From: a virus
Lineage: Duplodnaviria; Caudoviricetes
Virus record (IMG/VR): IMGVR_UViG_3300033475_000031
Coordinates: 1-52,841 of that record
Reading direction: 5' to 3' (one strand)
Length of the DNA: 52,841 nucleotides
Shown: positions 44,885 through 52,734 of the stretch, piece by piece
How positions within the stretch are numbered: position 1 is the stretch's first letter
Layout: each line of letters opens with the position of its first letter
The notes under the pieces: generated by a model
The model's database searches: none
Told to the model about the DNA's origin: nothing
The model's input: only the letters and a program-made list of their open reading frames with translations
Position numbers and translations under genes: made by a program

Positions 44885-45247
44885 TCAGGCGGCCAGCTGA
44901 GGTGCCTCGATGGTGCTGCGCTCGGCGCGGGCCTTCTGCTTGGCCGTGCAGCGCAGCTGGGTGACGACGGTCGCGCTGCAGTTTTCCTTGTACCACTTCT
45001 CGGGCTCGTTCAGCCCGAGGCGCTTGAGCTTGGCGAGGACTTTGTCCTTGGCCATGATCAGGCGATCGAACACCGACACGGTGGCGTCGTAGAAATCGCC
45101 CGAGTACTTGCCGGCCCCGTAGCGCTTGAGCTTATCCTCCAGCGCGGCCAACTCTTCCAGCGGCTGGGCCAGTTCGGCTTTCTTGAGGCCGATCTCGTCG
45201 ACCAGCTTGCTGATCTCTTCCAGCTGGGCAGCAGTGTATTGGGTCAT
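44885..45247 (-). CDS. Early hypothetical protein
   Basis: Own promoter and CCGAACGAGGT leader; LVDEIG..KA....L...E..LK. Confidence 0.75.
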   Translation of the reverse strand: MTQYTAAQLEEISKLVDEIGLKKAELAQPLEELAALEDKLKRYGAGKYSGDFYDATVSVFDRLIMAKDKVLAKLKRLGLNEPEKWYKENCSATVVTQLRCTAKQKARAERSTIEAPQLAA

Positions 45248-45280
45248 GGGGTGATGCACCTCGTTCGGTTTCAGGTCGAC

Positions 45281-45310
45281 AGGATATGGGTACTACCCAT
45301 CGGCCGTCAA
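45281..45310 (-). promoter_or_regulatory. Sigma70-like promoter with operator
   Basis: TTGACG-18-TATCCT; ATGGGTA-N-TACCCAT palindrome at 45286-45300. Confidence 0.7.
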
Positions 45311-45541
45311 TGGTTCCGTGCGTGGTATGCGCTCGATCAACCCATCGATGGTCCTGATCCTCCCGACCGCAACATGTTCCTTACCGGGCTCGGGCTGGAA
45401 GCCTTTGCGATCGAAGTTCGCCAGCCGCTTTTCCAGCTTGCGCCGCAGAAAGGCCAGCCCCTGTCGGATGGCGACTCGCTCGGCCGGCGTCAGGACGACG
45501 GGCCACTCGGCCGCGTCGGTATGGTCAGGCCCTCGGGGCAT
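45293..45541 (-). CDS. Early hypothetical protein related to 49132-49542
   Basis: LT.AER..IRQ.L and F.P.PGK shared. Confidence 0.6.
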   Translation of the reverse strand: MPRGPDHTDAAEWPVVLTPAERVAIRQGLAFLRRKLEKRLANFDRKGFQPEPGKEHVAVGRIRTIDGLIERIPRTEPLTADG

Positions 45542-45929
45542 CTTGGAACGCCTCCCCGCTCGCCAGCTGGGCTTTTCGCTTGGCCAGTACCGCACAGAGC
45601 GAATCGAAGCCGTAGGCCACGTCGGTCGATTTCTGGAAATGCCAGCGGTTCGGATCACCGAAGGCAGTCGAGAACAGGGCCGTTGAAAGCCGGATGTTCC
45701 ACGACAGTACAAACACGCCGGGCTGCGGCGAGCGGCGATCGAAGTCGATCCCCAGTCGGACGCCACGCGGGCCGTTCAACGTGATCATCATAGCATCTTT
45801 GCCGAGGAAGAAATCGTCGGTGTGCCCCTCGATCTTGGCCGTGAAGTCAGGGCCGGCATCCTTGAGCCACAAGTCGTGGACGGCCTTGGCCATCACCTCG
45901 CGATCGGCTTTTCGTTTTTCGGACAGCAT
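45525..45929 (-). CDS. Early hypothetical protein
   Basis: AAGGGG RBS, tight packing. Confidence 0.7.
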   Translation of the reverse strand: MLSEKRKADREVMAKAVHDLWLKDAGPDFTAKIEGHTDDFFLGKDAMMITLNGPRGVRLGIDFDRRSPQPGVFVLSWNIRLSTALFSTAFGDPNRWHFQKSTDVAYGFDSLCAVLAKRKAQLASGEAFQDAPRA

Positions 45930-45931
45930 GA

Positions 45932-46120
45932 TCAGTTCCCCTTGAAGGTCTCGCGCAGCGCCATTTCTATGGTGTCGCCGTCTGCGCCAAATTCCACATC
46001 CAGCTCTTTGGCCAGCTGGGCGGCAGCTTGGTGTGCGCCGGCATCGAACGCATTTTTCGATGCCGGATCGTAGCTGTTGACGAAGAACGCCGTCAGGACT
46101 TTCACAGGGTCGATGGTCAT
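45932..46120 (-). CDS. Early hypothetical protein
   Basis: GGGAG RBS before ATG 46120. Confidence 0.65.
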   Translation of the reverse strand: MTIDPVKVLTAFFVNSYDPASKNAFDAGAHQAAAQLAKELDVEFGADGDTIEMALRETFKGN

Positions 46121-46142
46121 GACCAGTCTCCCAGATCGTTCA

Positions 46143-46478
46143 TCAGGATTCCCAGTAGGTATTGGACGAGACCGAAAGGTAGTAGGGCAGGTTGGACTTC
46201 TCCCACACCTTGCCACCAAACCGCAGGTTTTCGACCTGCCGGTCGTAGACTACCTCAAACTCGTATTCCAGCCGCTCGGCCACGGCGTAGTCAGGCTGAA
46301 GGTCATTCAACTCTGTGGCCGAGAAGGACCGAGCGTTCAGCTTGGCGGCGAGCCGCATGGCGTCGCTCTTGCGCTTGTAGCTCTTTTTCTCGACGGTCGA
46401 TCCCACTGCGTAGACCACGTAGCTGGGCTTCCGCTCGGGGGACATCAGGTATTCGAAGTAGGATTGTTCGGATTTCAT
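46143..46478 (-). CDS. Early hypothetical protein
   Basis: Own promoter and CCGAATGAGGT leader. Confidence 0.75.
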   Translation of the reverse strand: MKSEQSYFEYLMSPERKPSYVVYAVGSTVEKKSYKRKSDAMRLAAKLNARSFSATELNDLQPDYAVAERLEYEFEVVYDRQVENLRFGGKVWEKSNLPYYLSVSSNTYWES

Positions 46479-46503
46479 AAAAACCTCATTCGGTTACAAT
46501 CTC

Positions 46504-46532
46504 AATGTAGGGTACTACCCTTGGGATTGCAA
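46504..46532 (-). promoter_or_regulatory. Sigma70-like promoter with operator
   Basis: TTGCAA-17-TACATT; AGGGTAGTACCCT spans the spacer up to the -10. Confidence 0.8.
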
Positions 46533-46584
46533 GGGCCTAGAACGGTATCTCGTCGTCCAGCTCAGACCAAACATCGGAAAGGTT

Positions 46585-46860
46585 TCATTTGAAATCTCCT
46601 AAGTGGACGCCGGCCCAGAGGGCCACAGCGCCGGCTCTCTTGCCCTTGTCGAGGCCGTAGGCCGGATGGTTCATCAGGTTGACCTTGGAGGGCCCGAGCT
46701 GGTTCAGCTGGTCCAAACCACTACCACTGAACGAGTGGAGAGAAGCGCGCAGCTTTGAAGTCTGTTGGTAGCCTTCGCTGAAGGCCTTGGCATACCGGGC
46801 AAGCGCCCGCCGCCGTTCCTTCTCGACGTTGGTAAACTCACCGTTGTTGCGATTGCGCAT
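46585..46860 (-). CDS. Early hypothetical basic protein
   Basis: Own promoter and CCGAATGAGGT leader. Confidence 0.65.
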   Translation of the reverse strand: MRNRNNGEFTNVEKERRRALARYAKAFSEGYQQTSKLRASLHSFSGSGLDQLNQLGPSKVNLMNHPAYGLDKGKRAGAVALWAGVHLGDFK

Positions 46861-46891
46861 TTTGGAAAAGGACCTCATTCGGTACGCCCTG

Positions 46892-46920
46892 AATGTAGGG
46901 TAGTACCCTGAGGGTTTCAA
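46892..46920 (-). promoter_or_regulatory. Sigma70-like promoter with operator
   Basis: TTGAAA-17-TACATT; AGGGTACTACCCT spans the spacer up to the -10. Confidence 0.8.
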
Positions 46921-47114
46921 GCTGAGAATGGATCGCATCCCCAAACCCCCGTTTGTCCCCGGGATGCACAGGCTGTGAATTGCCCAGCTACGGAAAAGGG
47001 GCCATAGGCCTTTAAAGGCCTTAGGGAGGGTTATGCAGGGGCAGGAATTTACCGGCTACTCGGGTACCAGCCTGTTTGCCGCAACCCACAGAATCTAAGA
47101 TTTACCGGGTTGGC

Positions 47115-47966
47115 CTACGGCCTGACCTGTCGAGGTCCGGTCGGCCCGAGGTCCCGGGGGCTCAGAACCTGAGGAAGCCCTTCTGGAAGTAGGGCTATAC
47201 GGGCGTCCCCGGACGGCAGGCAGACCATGTTGCTGCAGACGACGTTGGGAAAAACGTTCTCGGCCGCGCCCCGGAAGTTGCCCGGCTGGAAGAGATCGAC
47301 CACGTGCCACCAGCAGCGATAGTTGATCTGCTGCAGGAACCGGATCAGCTCGGCACTGAGCGGCCCGCCGTTGTTCTCGACATAGAGGATCGGCCGGCTG
47401 GTGCCGATGATGCCCGAAGCCCCGAGGAGCGTCGGCAGCTCCATCCCCTCCACATCGGCCTTGATCAGCGCAATGTGCTCCTGCGTGCCGGCGAAGGTAT
47501 CGAGCTTCACCGTCTTGACGGGGCGACCGACGCCGGGCGGACCAAGCATCACGCCGCCGAAGTTCTCAGGGCTTCCGTAGTCGAGCACAGGAACCGACAG
47601 CGTGCCGTCCTTGAGCGAGGTCCCGGCTGAAAAGGCGCTGACGTTCCGGCAGTCATTCTCCTTCAGGTTCAGGGTCAGAAGCGCGTAGACCACGGGCTGC
47701 GGCTCGAAAGCTAGTACTACTCCATTCGGCCCGACACGCTTGGAAAGCGCCACGGTGTCGGCCCCGATGTTGGAGCCACACTCGATCACCCTGTCGCCCG
47801 GCTGCAGCAGTGTGAGCAGCAGGTCCATTTCCGGCTGGCACCATTCACCGTAGACCTTGAGCGATTTGCCCACGTACACGTCATGGGCCAGCCACGCCAT
47901 CGGCCCATAGCGGCATTCGTCCGACTCGATCGGGTACATCGGCGCGTCGGACTTGTCGTCGTTCAT
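47115..47966 (-). CDS. FkbM-family methyltransferase
   Basis: CRYG.M.....D.YVG.SL..YGEW...E, VIECGSNIG, AFEPQ, ENFGGV, LIKADVEGME..L.GA, RP.LYVEN. Confidence 0.9.
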   Translation of the reverse strand: MNDDKSDAPMYPIESDECRYGPMAWLAHDVYVGKSLKVYGEWCQPEMDLLLTLLQPGDRVIECGSNIGADTVALSKRVGPNGVVLAFEPQPVVYALLTLNLKENDCRNVSAFSAGTSLKDGTLSVPVLDYGSPENFGGVMLGPPGVGRPVKTVKLDTFAGTQEHIALIKADVEGMELPTLLGASGIIGTSRPILYVENNGGPLSAELIRFLQQINYRCWWHVVDLFQPGNFRGAAENVFPNVVCSNMVCLPSGDARIALLPEGLPQVLSPRDLGPTGPRQVRP

Positions 47967-47971
47967 CGGAC

Positions 47972-48151
47972 TCACTTGAGCTTGAGGAAGATCATGACCA
48001 GCATCAGGCACGTCACGGTGCGCAATGCCAGCTCCTGAAACTTGAGCTTGGTTTCGATCGGACGCCCACTACTGAACCCTTGAGTGAAGTACACCGCCGC
48101 CAACAGGATCAGGCTGGCCGTGAGGATGAGGAGGGTGGCGTCTAGGATCAT
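47972..48151 (-). CDS. 59-aa two-TM membrane protein not in the ORF track
   Basis: MILDATLLILTASLILLAAVYF...VTCLMLVMIFLKLK; ATGA overlap with the upstream gene. Confidence 0.6.
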   Translation of the reverse strand: MILDATLLILTASLILLAAVYFTQGFSSGRPIETKLKFQELALRTVTCLMLVMIFLKLK

Positions 48152-48408
48152 CGCATCAGGTCCTCGTAATGCAGCTCGCGCGAGTGCAGCGTCTCTTTCA
48201 CCTGCCCGATGGCGAGCGCGTGCTTCCGGGCTTTGGGACGGCTCAGGAACTCGTGCTGATGCGTGAGGAAGCCATGGGTCGCGCGGGCGATCGCGGAAAT
48301 GCTCTCGTGTGGACGCATCCGCTTGACGAGGTCCGTGTGGTCGCCCGAGCGCAGCGCGATCGAGTAGATCGTCCCGCGCTCCAGTTTGATCGCAACGTCG
48401 GTGATCAA
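48148..48408 (-). CDS. Hypothetical phage protein
   Basis: I..VAIK...H...GFLT...F.SR..A...A...GQ...L.S.EL..EDL pattern common in phages. Confidence 0.7.
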   Translation of the reverse strand: MITDVAIKLERGTIYSIALRSGDHTDLVKRMRPHESISAIARATHGFLTHQHEFLSRPKARKHALAIGQVKETLHSRELHYEDLMR

Positions 48409-48719
48409 GGAATCGGCTTCCTCGATCGCTGGACGCGCAGGTCGCCGTCGTGAGCCGGCCGTTCGGGGAACGGCTCGATGTAGACCACGGCCTCGCGCAT
48501 GCCGTTGTAGGTCAGGGTCGCGGACAGGGAGTCGACACGATGAACTGTTCGCTTAGTACCTTGGTTTTTCCAGTACGACAGCCAGCGAGTCATTTCCCGC
48601 TTGGCTGTGTCGAGATCGGCGGCAACGCTCAGTCTTTGCCGAAGGCCGTCACCCCGTTCGATCCAGAGCACCGGAGCGATGATGCCAGCCGGCTCCAGCA
48701 GTTCGTTCACGTCGTACAT
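48405..48719 (-). CDS. Early hypothetical protein
   Basis: CCGAATGAGGAG leader. Confidence 0.7.
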   Translation of the reverse strand: MYDVNELLEPAGIIAPVLWIERGDGLRQRLSVAADLDTAKREMTRWLSYWKNQGTKRTVHRVDSLSATLTYNGMREAVVYIEPFPERPAHDGDLRVQRSRKPIP

Positions 48720-48740
48720 AATTACCTACTCCTCATTCGG

Positions 48741-48770
48741 AATGTCGGCCTACTACCCTGTGGATGTCAA
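48741..48770 (-). promoter_or_regulatory. Probable sigma70-like promoter with half operator
   Basis: TTGACA-18-GACATT; AGGGTAGTAG in the spacer. Confidence 0.45.
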
Positions 48771-48779
48771 TCGGGACAA

Positions 48780-48902
48780 CTATTTCTTTTCCGTGAACCC
48801 GAAGAGCGCCAAGCTCACGACCAGAATTCCCAACGTCATCAGCGCGAAGTTGGTTGCATGACAGAGCAGGGGTGAGTTGCTGCACACCCAGTACTCAAGC
48901 AT
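48780..48902 (-). CDS. 40-aa single-TM protein not in the ORF track
   Basis: MLEYWVCSNSPLLCHATNFALMTLGILVVSLALFGFTEKK; fills the gap and overlaps the upstream gene. Confidence 0.45.
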   Translation of the reverse strand: MLEYWVCSNSPLLCHATNFALMTLGILVVSLALFGFTEKK

Positions 48903-49101
48903 GGGACTTCTCGTCGGCTAGGTATTGGCGGATCACGGTCAGCTGCCAGTCGGCCAGCTTGCCGTCCTGATCGATCCTGCGCACCGCTTGCTGGGCGAAG
49001 CTCATGGTATGGGCCTTGCGGCTCAACCACGACGCCTCCCGCTGATGGCTCGCCTGAAAGCGATCCCAGTTTGGGCCCAGATCGAAAACCTTCATTGACA
49101 T
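48895..49101 (-). CDS. Early hypothetical protein
   Basis: CCGAATGAGGT leader. Confidence 0.65.
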   Translation of the reverse strand: MSMKVFDLGPNWDRFQASHQREASWLSRKAHTMSFAQQAVRRIDQDGKLADWQLTVIRQYLADEKSHA

Positions 49102-49131
49102 GACCAACCTCATTCGGCCGGGGGTAGTAGT

Positions 49132-49542
49132 TTAGCGAACGTGGTAGTCCGCTACTCGCTCGACCCGGGCCTGCGGCTCGGGACGATTTGCTGAGGGCGT
49201 GCCGGCGTCGGGAATTCTCTCCGCAAGCTTGCTCGCATCGTGCATGTCGGTCGCCGGGATTTCGTCGTTGGGGCGCGTTCCGTAGGTGAGCAGCGCCTGA
49301 CGCAGGATGCGGCGCTCGGCATCCGTAGTCTGAAGGACGACCGTCCCGGTCTCGGGAACGCCGATGCGATCGAGCAGCATCGCACCGATGCGCATGATCT
49401 CGACGTTGCGATCGACCTTGCCGGGCTTGGGGACGAAGCTCGGATCGTACCGCTGCTCGGCATGACGCCGATAGGCGGTCAGGGCGCGGATCACGAGCGC
49501 GCGGCTCGTGCCGGCGATGCTCAGTTCTATGATCTCACTCAT
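49132..49542 (-). CDS. Early hypothetical protein with internal duplication
   Basis: AAGGAG RBS; two similar helices (R.LVIRAL.AY and RRILRQALLTY). Confidence 0.7.
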   Translation of the reverse strand: MSEIIELSIAGTSRALVIRALTAYRRHAEQRYDPSFVPKPGKVDRNVEIMRIGAMLLDRIGVPETGTVVLQTTDAERRILRQALLTYGTRPNDEIPATDMHDASKLAERIPDAGTPSANRPEPQARVERVADYHVR

Positions 49543-49544
49543 GA

Positions 49545-50474
49545 CTACTCTCCTTGCTCTTCCTTCAACTGTCGGATTACCCGGCGCAGGGCCCGGCGTT
49601 CCTCTCGCGTGATCTTCCAGCTGGGGTCCTGTGTGATGATTTCCAAGTCCTTCAGGGTGAACTCATTTAGACCCATGCCGTCCAGTACCCCGTCTTCGTC
49701 GACTACGGAAGTATCGAAAGGCAAAGGCTCGGCTTCAACTTGCTTGGCCTTGATTGCCTGCTGGTAAATCTTGTCCGCCTCCTTGGCCTCGCTCACAGCG
49801 TCTCCCAGCTTGTTCAGCGGGAAGCCGAAGCGTGCGTAGCCGGCCGCGATCTTTTCCAAATAGTCGCCCGAGGGCGGAATGAGCCGGCCCTTGGGCTTCT
49901 GGTAGTAGAGCACGTCCCTCCAGTTGCCGCGCGGCGTGAAGAACTTGAAGGTCTTTTTATGGTACGACCCACTACCCACCCCTTCGAACTTGTCGAGCCA
50001 TTGCTCGTCCTCGGGATGGATCAGCCACATGAACCCGGGAACCGAGTCGGTCTCAGCCCCCTCGACGATGTTGGCGTACCGCTGGAACTCCAGCTTGAAG
50101 CCGGGCAGCTCGTGCGGGTAGAGCTTGGTCGCGCCCGGGCAGCGATGCCGCATCTGACTTTCCAGCAGGTTGCTGCCATAGGCGAAGTAGATGCGCCGAT
50201 CGACGCGCGGGGTATACACAGGCGTGCTATGAGCCTTCACCCGAACGTGCGGCCGCACCTGCCGATCATGTATCCACGCATCGAAGTCCCGGCTGCCCAT
50301 TGGTGTTGCAAGGCGAGTGCTCTCCCGCTGCTCACGCTCCAACCGCTCCTCGCGCTCAGCGATCAGCTTGGCCAACCGTGCCTCCTCGCGATCCCAGTTG
50401 CCCTGCGTCTTGGCAAGGTATTGGGTAGGACTGACAATCCGGTTTGACTTCTCTTTCCACTTTTTCTTACTCAT
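49545..50474 (-). CDS. Gamma-glutamylcyclotransferase-like protein (AIG2/GGCT) with N- and C-terminal extensions
   Basis: YFAYGSNL...QM..RCPGA, LDKFEG...Y, PS..YL..I..GY..FG. Confidence 0.88.
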   Translation of the reverse strand: MSKKKWKEKSNRIVSPTQYLAKTQGNWDREEARLAKLIAEREERLEREQRESTRLATPMGSRDFDAWIHDRQVRPHVRVKAHSTPVYTPRVDRRIYFAYGSNLLESQMRHRCPGATKLYPHELPGFKLEFQRYANIVEGAETDSVPGFMWLIHPEDEQWLDKFEGVGSGSYHKKTFKFFTPRGNWRDVLYYQKPKGRLIPPSGDYLEKIAAGYARFGFPLNKLGDAVSEAKEADKIYQQAIKAKQVEAEPLPFDTSVVDEDGVLDGMGLNEFTLKDLEIITQDPSWKITREERRALRRVIRQLKEEQGE

Positions 50475-51622
50475 GCTGCCTCACTCGACTGGCTTTCCTC
50501 AACCAGTACCCCAGCCAACCTCTTGAAGTGGTTTTGCCGGGCCTTGTAGTACTCTGTCACCTCGGGAGGTATCCCAAGGAACACATTCTCGACCACGGGC
50601 GGTGCCGGGGGAGCCTCCTCGGCTGAGCCCGGCTCAATCGCATAGACGTACTTGCACCGCTCCGTGTCCCGATTCGGGTTGTTGAGCTTTATCAGCCCAA
50701 ATTTCTTATCCTTGAAGTGCTGCAGGATCACGCTGATCTGCGTCAGGTCCTGTTTGACCAGCTCGCTCAGCTGATCCCGCGTCAAGCCTACGGTCGTGTT
50801 GAGTAGTAGCTCGGCGACCCGATAGGATTTCGTCACCTCGCCCCGGTAGGTTTTCTTGATTGCCTTCAGCACGTCGGCGGCGCTGTTGTATTTCTTCATC
50901 AGCTGCGGAGCCGTGCCGAGAATGACCGTGCCGCGTGCCTTGGCGATCGTGGTCTCGACAAAGGCGACACAGAACTTGACCCAGTTGATGATCTTGTCGG
51001 CCTCGATCGTTCCTTGATGGTGCCGGAACTCGATCGTCGGGTGGCCGTGCGAGGCCGTCAGCAGGTTGAGCTTGGTATAGCGATTGTAGCCGTACATTCT
51101 GCCAGCGGCGTACTCGATGGTCCGCGTGAGGTTCACCAGAGCAGGCGCGTTCCGCCAGTTTCTAAGGCCTTGGCAGTAGATGCCGCCGCCGATCGCACCG
51201 CCATTGTCGCCCCGCCGCGACGCGGACATCATCCAGTCCAGTTCGGCCTCGTGCTGGGCGTAGCGCAGGAACACGTTGGCCTTCTCCTGCTCGCTCATGC
51301 CCGCGTGGCCGATGTGCACATGCATGCCGCATGTCTTGTTGATCCTGAAGCCGGCTTCAACCAGTACTGCGGAAACCTTCCGTAGCTGGTCCAGCCCCGC
51401 GTCCCCGGAGAGGACCGGACTCACCAGCTCGCAGCCGTCCATCACGGTTGCGTCGCTGGTCACCTTCCATTGCCCCGTCGTTATGTGGCTGTAGCCTGCA
51501 TCATAGCAGGGAACGCCCTTGGCACTCAGCAGTCGGGCGAGGCTCGCTTGTGAGCGGATCGAGCCGTCTGCTGGATAGGCGATTTCCAGTTCGACGCCAA
51601 AGGTTCTGTTGCTTACGAGCAT
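50471..51622 (-). CDS. Putative amidoligase (COOH-NH2 ligase, Amidoligase_2); a longer in-frame form from 52618 is possible
   Basis: RTFGVELE, WK...DAT, ELVSPVL, CGMHVH, RY.KLN, TIEFRHHQGT; own promoter and CCGAATGAGG leader before ATG 51622. Confidence 0.9.
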   Translation of the reverse strand: MLVSNRTFGVELEIAYPADGSIRSQASLARLLSAKGVPCYDAGYSHITTGQWKVTSDATVMDGCELVSPVLSGDAGLDQLRKVSAVLVEAGFRINKTCGMHVHIGHAGMSEQEKANVFLRYAQHEAELDWMMSASRRGDNGGAIGGGIYCQGLRNWRNAPALVNLTRTIEYAAGRMYGYNRYTKLNLLTASHGHPTIEFRHHQGTIEADKIINWVKFCVAFVETTIAKARGTVILGTAPQLMKKYNSAADVLKAIKKTYRGEVTKSYRVAELLLNTTVGLTRDQLSELVKQDLTQISVILQHFKDKKFGLIKLNNPNRDTERCKYVYAIEPGSAEEAPPAPPVVENVFLGIPPEVTEYYKARQNHFKRLAGVLVEESQSSEAA

Positions 51623-52618
51623 TGATCTAGCCTCATTCGGCTGTGGTTCAGCTACGGAAGATATAGGGCTTGGGGTAGTACCCGTCAAGCCCCTTTCTAT
51701 ACGGGTATTTTCATCAGGAATTACTTGGTCCAGAAAACGTCGATATTCCTGAAATTGTTCGGGTATCATCGCCGATCGATAGAATGAAAGCGGATCGATA
51801 TCGGGCGTGGGCTCAGCTCGACCAAAAGTCGGATCGGCCCGGCCGGGGAATGGAGGCCGAGGGCGTTCAGCAGTGGGGATCGCCCAGATATAAACCTCAT
51901 CAGCATCGGACCCCATAGGCCGATATTCCCGGCTGAACGAAAAGCAAAGGTTTCCCGGGGAGGAGTTTGAAGGATGGTCGGGGCCAAAAAATACACCGAA
52001 GGGCTCCCACAACATCCTTCCGCTGCTGATGAGCCGAGCGTGAGTGGAATCGAGCGGAAGCCTTGGCCAGTTGAACCTATCGCTCAGCTCGCGCGCGCAG
52101 TCGCGTATGAAGGCTGATGACACACGGCCATCAAGCGCGAAGTATCTTGAGCTTCTTAGTCCTTGAGCTGGAGCGGTAGCGACGGTGTTGGTCTGATCTA
52201 TTGAAGTGACTGTGTGGCTGACCGTGGCTTGCGGCAATGATTCGGGTAGTAGCCATCTCCATTCGCGAGCGGGCTGAATGTCCGAAGTATCACGCCAAGT
52301 TAAACATCCAGCATTGCCGCCTATAGCGGTGGGTCCGTAGAAATGTCCATCCGCATACGGCACCCTGTTGTCGACGAGTAACGTTCCTTCAGGCAGCTCT
52401 CCTAGAATGCCTTCTCGCGCGAGAAAGCTGATCGCTGCATGAACTACGTTCGGATCAATAGCAGGGCGTGGACGTTGGCCAAGTGCGCGTACTCCCTCCA
52501 TTGCTCGACGAATGATTGCGCCCGAAGCTTCCATCGTCGAGCGCGTCCTATTGATCTCAGCGTTCGTTATGGTGGTGTTGACGGAAGGTGGAGTGGGACG
52601 GCGAGGACGGCGCGGCAT
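51623..52618 (-). CDS. In-frame ~330 aa N-terminal extension of the amidoligase frame, unknown function
   Basis: No stop codon across ~1 kb of lower-GC DNA; weak repeats (F.GP.......L...R......W..P). Confidence 0.5.
51660..51688 (-). promoter_or_regulatory. Sigma70-like promoter inside the long reading frame
   Basis: TTGACG-17-TATATC; GGGTACTACCC adjoining the -35; CTACGGAA site at 51652-51659 at the expected transcription start. Confidence 0.7.
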
Positions 52619-52672
52619 TGATAAAAGCCTTATAAAATCGATCTCAAACGAGACCAGCACAATTCGCCCGAT

Positions 52673-52701
52673 TTGACAAGAGAGTAGTACTGTGCTACAC
52701 T
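52673..52701 (+). promoter_or_regulatory. Strong sigma70-like rightward promoter
   Basis: TTGACA-17-TACACT; AGTAGTACT in the spacer. Confidence 0.8.
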
Positions 52702-52734
52702 ACTACTGTAGTGGAAAACCGAATGAGGTTGTGG

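Noticed and set aside
5705-51659. CTACGGAA as a Chi, KOPS or stoperator-type polar site
   Set aside because: Copies occur in both orientations (15 plus, 11 minus), including within the uniformly rightward late region.
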